Positions 62,440 to 64,000 of a stretch of DNA of 64,000 bases are shown in pieces; position 1 is the first letter of the stretch; each line of letters opens with the position of its first letter. The notes under the pieces are model-generated. The model saw only the letters and a program-made list of their open reading frames with translations. It did not search any database and had not been told where the DNA came from. Position numbers and translations under genes: made by a program. Source of the DNA: Entomortierella parvispora E1425 (lineage: Eukaryota > Fungi > Mortierellomycota); the NCBI GenBank assembly GCA_020891255.1, contig BQFW01000011.1, positions 1,984,001 through 2,048,000 of the forward strand, written 5' to 3'.

Positions 62440-63717
62440 TTATTGCAGGGTAGTTGGCTTCCAGTTCTCGTCGAGAGGGTCTTCGGGATTGACATCCAAA
62501 AAGCCGGCGTTGGACTTGTTGTGTCTTGATAGCATGTAGCTGTACTTCTCCCTATTTTCGCTCACGTAAACGGGTATATCATTGTTGTCCGGCACGTATA
62601 CAAATTGATCGACAGGCCGTTCAAACAGATCGCGCCCTTCCTTGATGGCGTCAAGAATCCATTGACGGGTCTTGTATTTCTCATTGTTATGCTCCTGGTG
62701 AGAGTAGGCCTCCACTTTGGAAATGATCTGAGTGATATTGGAGAAGCACCAAGTGCAATGGAGACAAGAGTCGTCGACATAGGTGGCGTTCTCACTGATT
62801 CGAAGAGCCCGCAGGCTATCTCCAGCTTCTCTCCAGTCCTTGGCCGAGACCTTGCGCATGGTGTCGACTTGAGGATGCTTAGATTGAGCGTCGTCGAGCC
62901 AGTAACTCGAGGGGTGGTACCGAATCGCCACGGGGCCTACCCAGAGTCCACCGGTGTGGCGGTATTCATACGAGTAGTAGTGGAATTGGCATCCAAACCG
63001 AAACAGATCTCCTCCGGAGCCAGGAGTCCCATCTCCAAAGAGCCGGCCCATCTCTGACTGTGGATTCTGGTCCTTCATCTCCTTCAGGATCGATCGCCTT
63101 GGCAGCTCATCCAGATCTGAAATCATGAGCCAGTCTCCTTCTTGCGGCCGGTGGATGTCAAGCATCATCCAAAATCCGAGATTCCTAGTCTCTGTTTCAC
63201 GTCCCCAGGTCCATGTCTTAACCTCAAGCGCACTGGCAGGGACAACGACATGGAGAATCTGGCGCCGGAACTTTTCAAACTGAGGCTCCTTTAGACGGTA
63301 GTTGAGAGGTTTTTGTTGACCAGAGAACGTCATTTCCGACTCGATAATGACAAACCAGTCCACGAACGGAGATAGTTCATTTAGCCGGATCTCCAGCATG
63401 TTGAATTCGCTGTTGAATAAAATCACATCATAGATCTGGGGCCCTTTTGGTCCAATGGTTGTAGATGTGGTATTGGCAACCAAAGCGTCATGGTGAGAGG
63501 TCAGATCTTTTAGGTTGAACACAATATCGTGGCGTTCCTGGACCAAAAGAAGGAGTGAGATGGCCATGAGGAGGCCCATTGCCAGTTTTGCTGTGAGTGA
63601 GAATGAGCCTCGAGCTCTGGAAGAGACAGGGGAGAGTCGTTGTCGCCAGGTAGAGGAAGCTGTGGAATGTCTCTCGACCGAGCTGTTCACTATCGTGGGC
63701 AGCAATGGAGCTGTCAT
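62440..63717 (-). CDS. Glycosyltransferase family 17 (MGAT3-like beta-1,4-GlcNAc transferase), type II membrane protein
   Basis: TM LAMGLLMAISLLLLV; IYDVILFNSEFNMLEIRLNEL..VDWFVIIES..TFSG..KPL; ISDLDELPR (DxD); HCTWCF..KVEAYSHQE. Confidence 0.9.
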   Translation of the reverse strand: MTAPLLPTIVNSSVERHSTASSTWRQRLSPVSSRARGSFSLTAKLAMGLLMAISLLLLVQERHDIVFNLKDLTSHHDALVANTTSTTIGPKGPQIYDVILFNSEFNMLEIRLNELSPFVDWFVIIESEMTFSGQQKPLNYRLKEPQFEKFRRQILHVVVPASALEVKTWTWGRETETRNLGFWMMLDIHRPQEGDWLMISDLDELPRRSILKEMKDQNPQSEMGRLFGDGTPGSGGDLFRFGCQFHYYSYEYRHTGGLWVGPVAIRYHPSSYWLDDAQSKHPQVDTMRKVSAKDWREAGDSLRALRISENATYVDDSCLHCTWCFSNITQIISKVEAYSHQEHNNEKYKTRQWILDAIKEGRDLFERPVDQFVYVPDNNDIPVYVSENREKYSYMLSRHNKSNAGFLDVNPEDPLDENWKPTTLQ

Positions 63718-64000
63718 TTTGGAAGTCAGGGATAAAGCCAGTGCGGTGTTGAAGAGAGAAAACAAGCAGTTGTTTGTGTTTGTAGTTTGGTTGTGACGGG
63801 AAATGGTGAGGAATTGAAGAAATGGAAGAGAAGAGACAAAAATAGGGAAGAGCGAGGACTTGAAGACGGCGTCGAGGGCAGGACGCTAAGCAACAGGGCA
63901 GTAAGTGTGTCGGCTGTTGCAATAATTACATTATTTTTGACCAACTTCTTAAACACGACGCAAGAACATCGGAACATTGTTGTACACGACAAAAGACCGA

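Overview
Gene-dense, intron-containing fungal genomic DNA; the gene style and family content suggest an early-diverging fungus of Mortierellaceae type (inference). I can model about 28 protein-coding genes and one tRNA-Trp(CCA). Housekeeping genes include RPS17, glycyl-tRNA synthetase, PRP39, PSD2, a syntaxin, a reticulon, SNAPIN, a PKA catalytic subunit, a Grainyhead/CP2 factor, an F-box/WD40 protein and a GT17 transferase. The main accessory feature is an apparently intact, recent 5.05-kb Mutator-like transposon (18898-23950) with perfect 28-bp TIRs, an 8-bp TSD and a 928-aa transposase. Its right end carries a perfect 198-bp foldback around an 82-codon gene fragment, and it sits 24 bp past the GlyRS stop codon, splitting a candidate AATAAA. 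The second standout is a 159-codon, Q-rich, stop-free frame directly after the canonical TGA of the PKA catalytic subunit, a candidate for stop-codon readthrough. Also notable: a tail-to-tail pair of HGSNAT-like acetyltransferases, a possible non-AUG mitochondrial GlyRS extension, two inferred GC-AG introns and a six-exon orphan gene with a 14-nt microexon. All exon structures were inferred by eye from GT/GC-AG signals and frame continuity; no searches were run.
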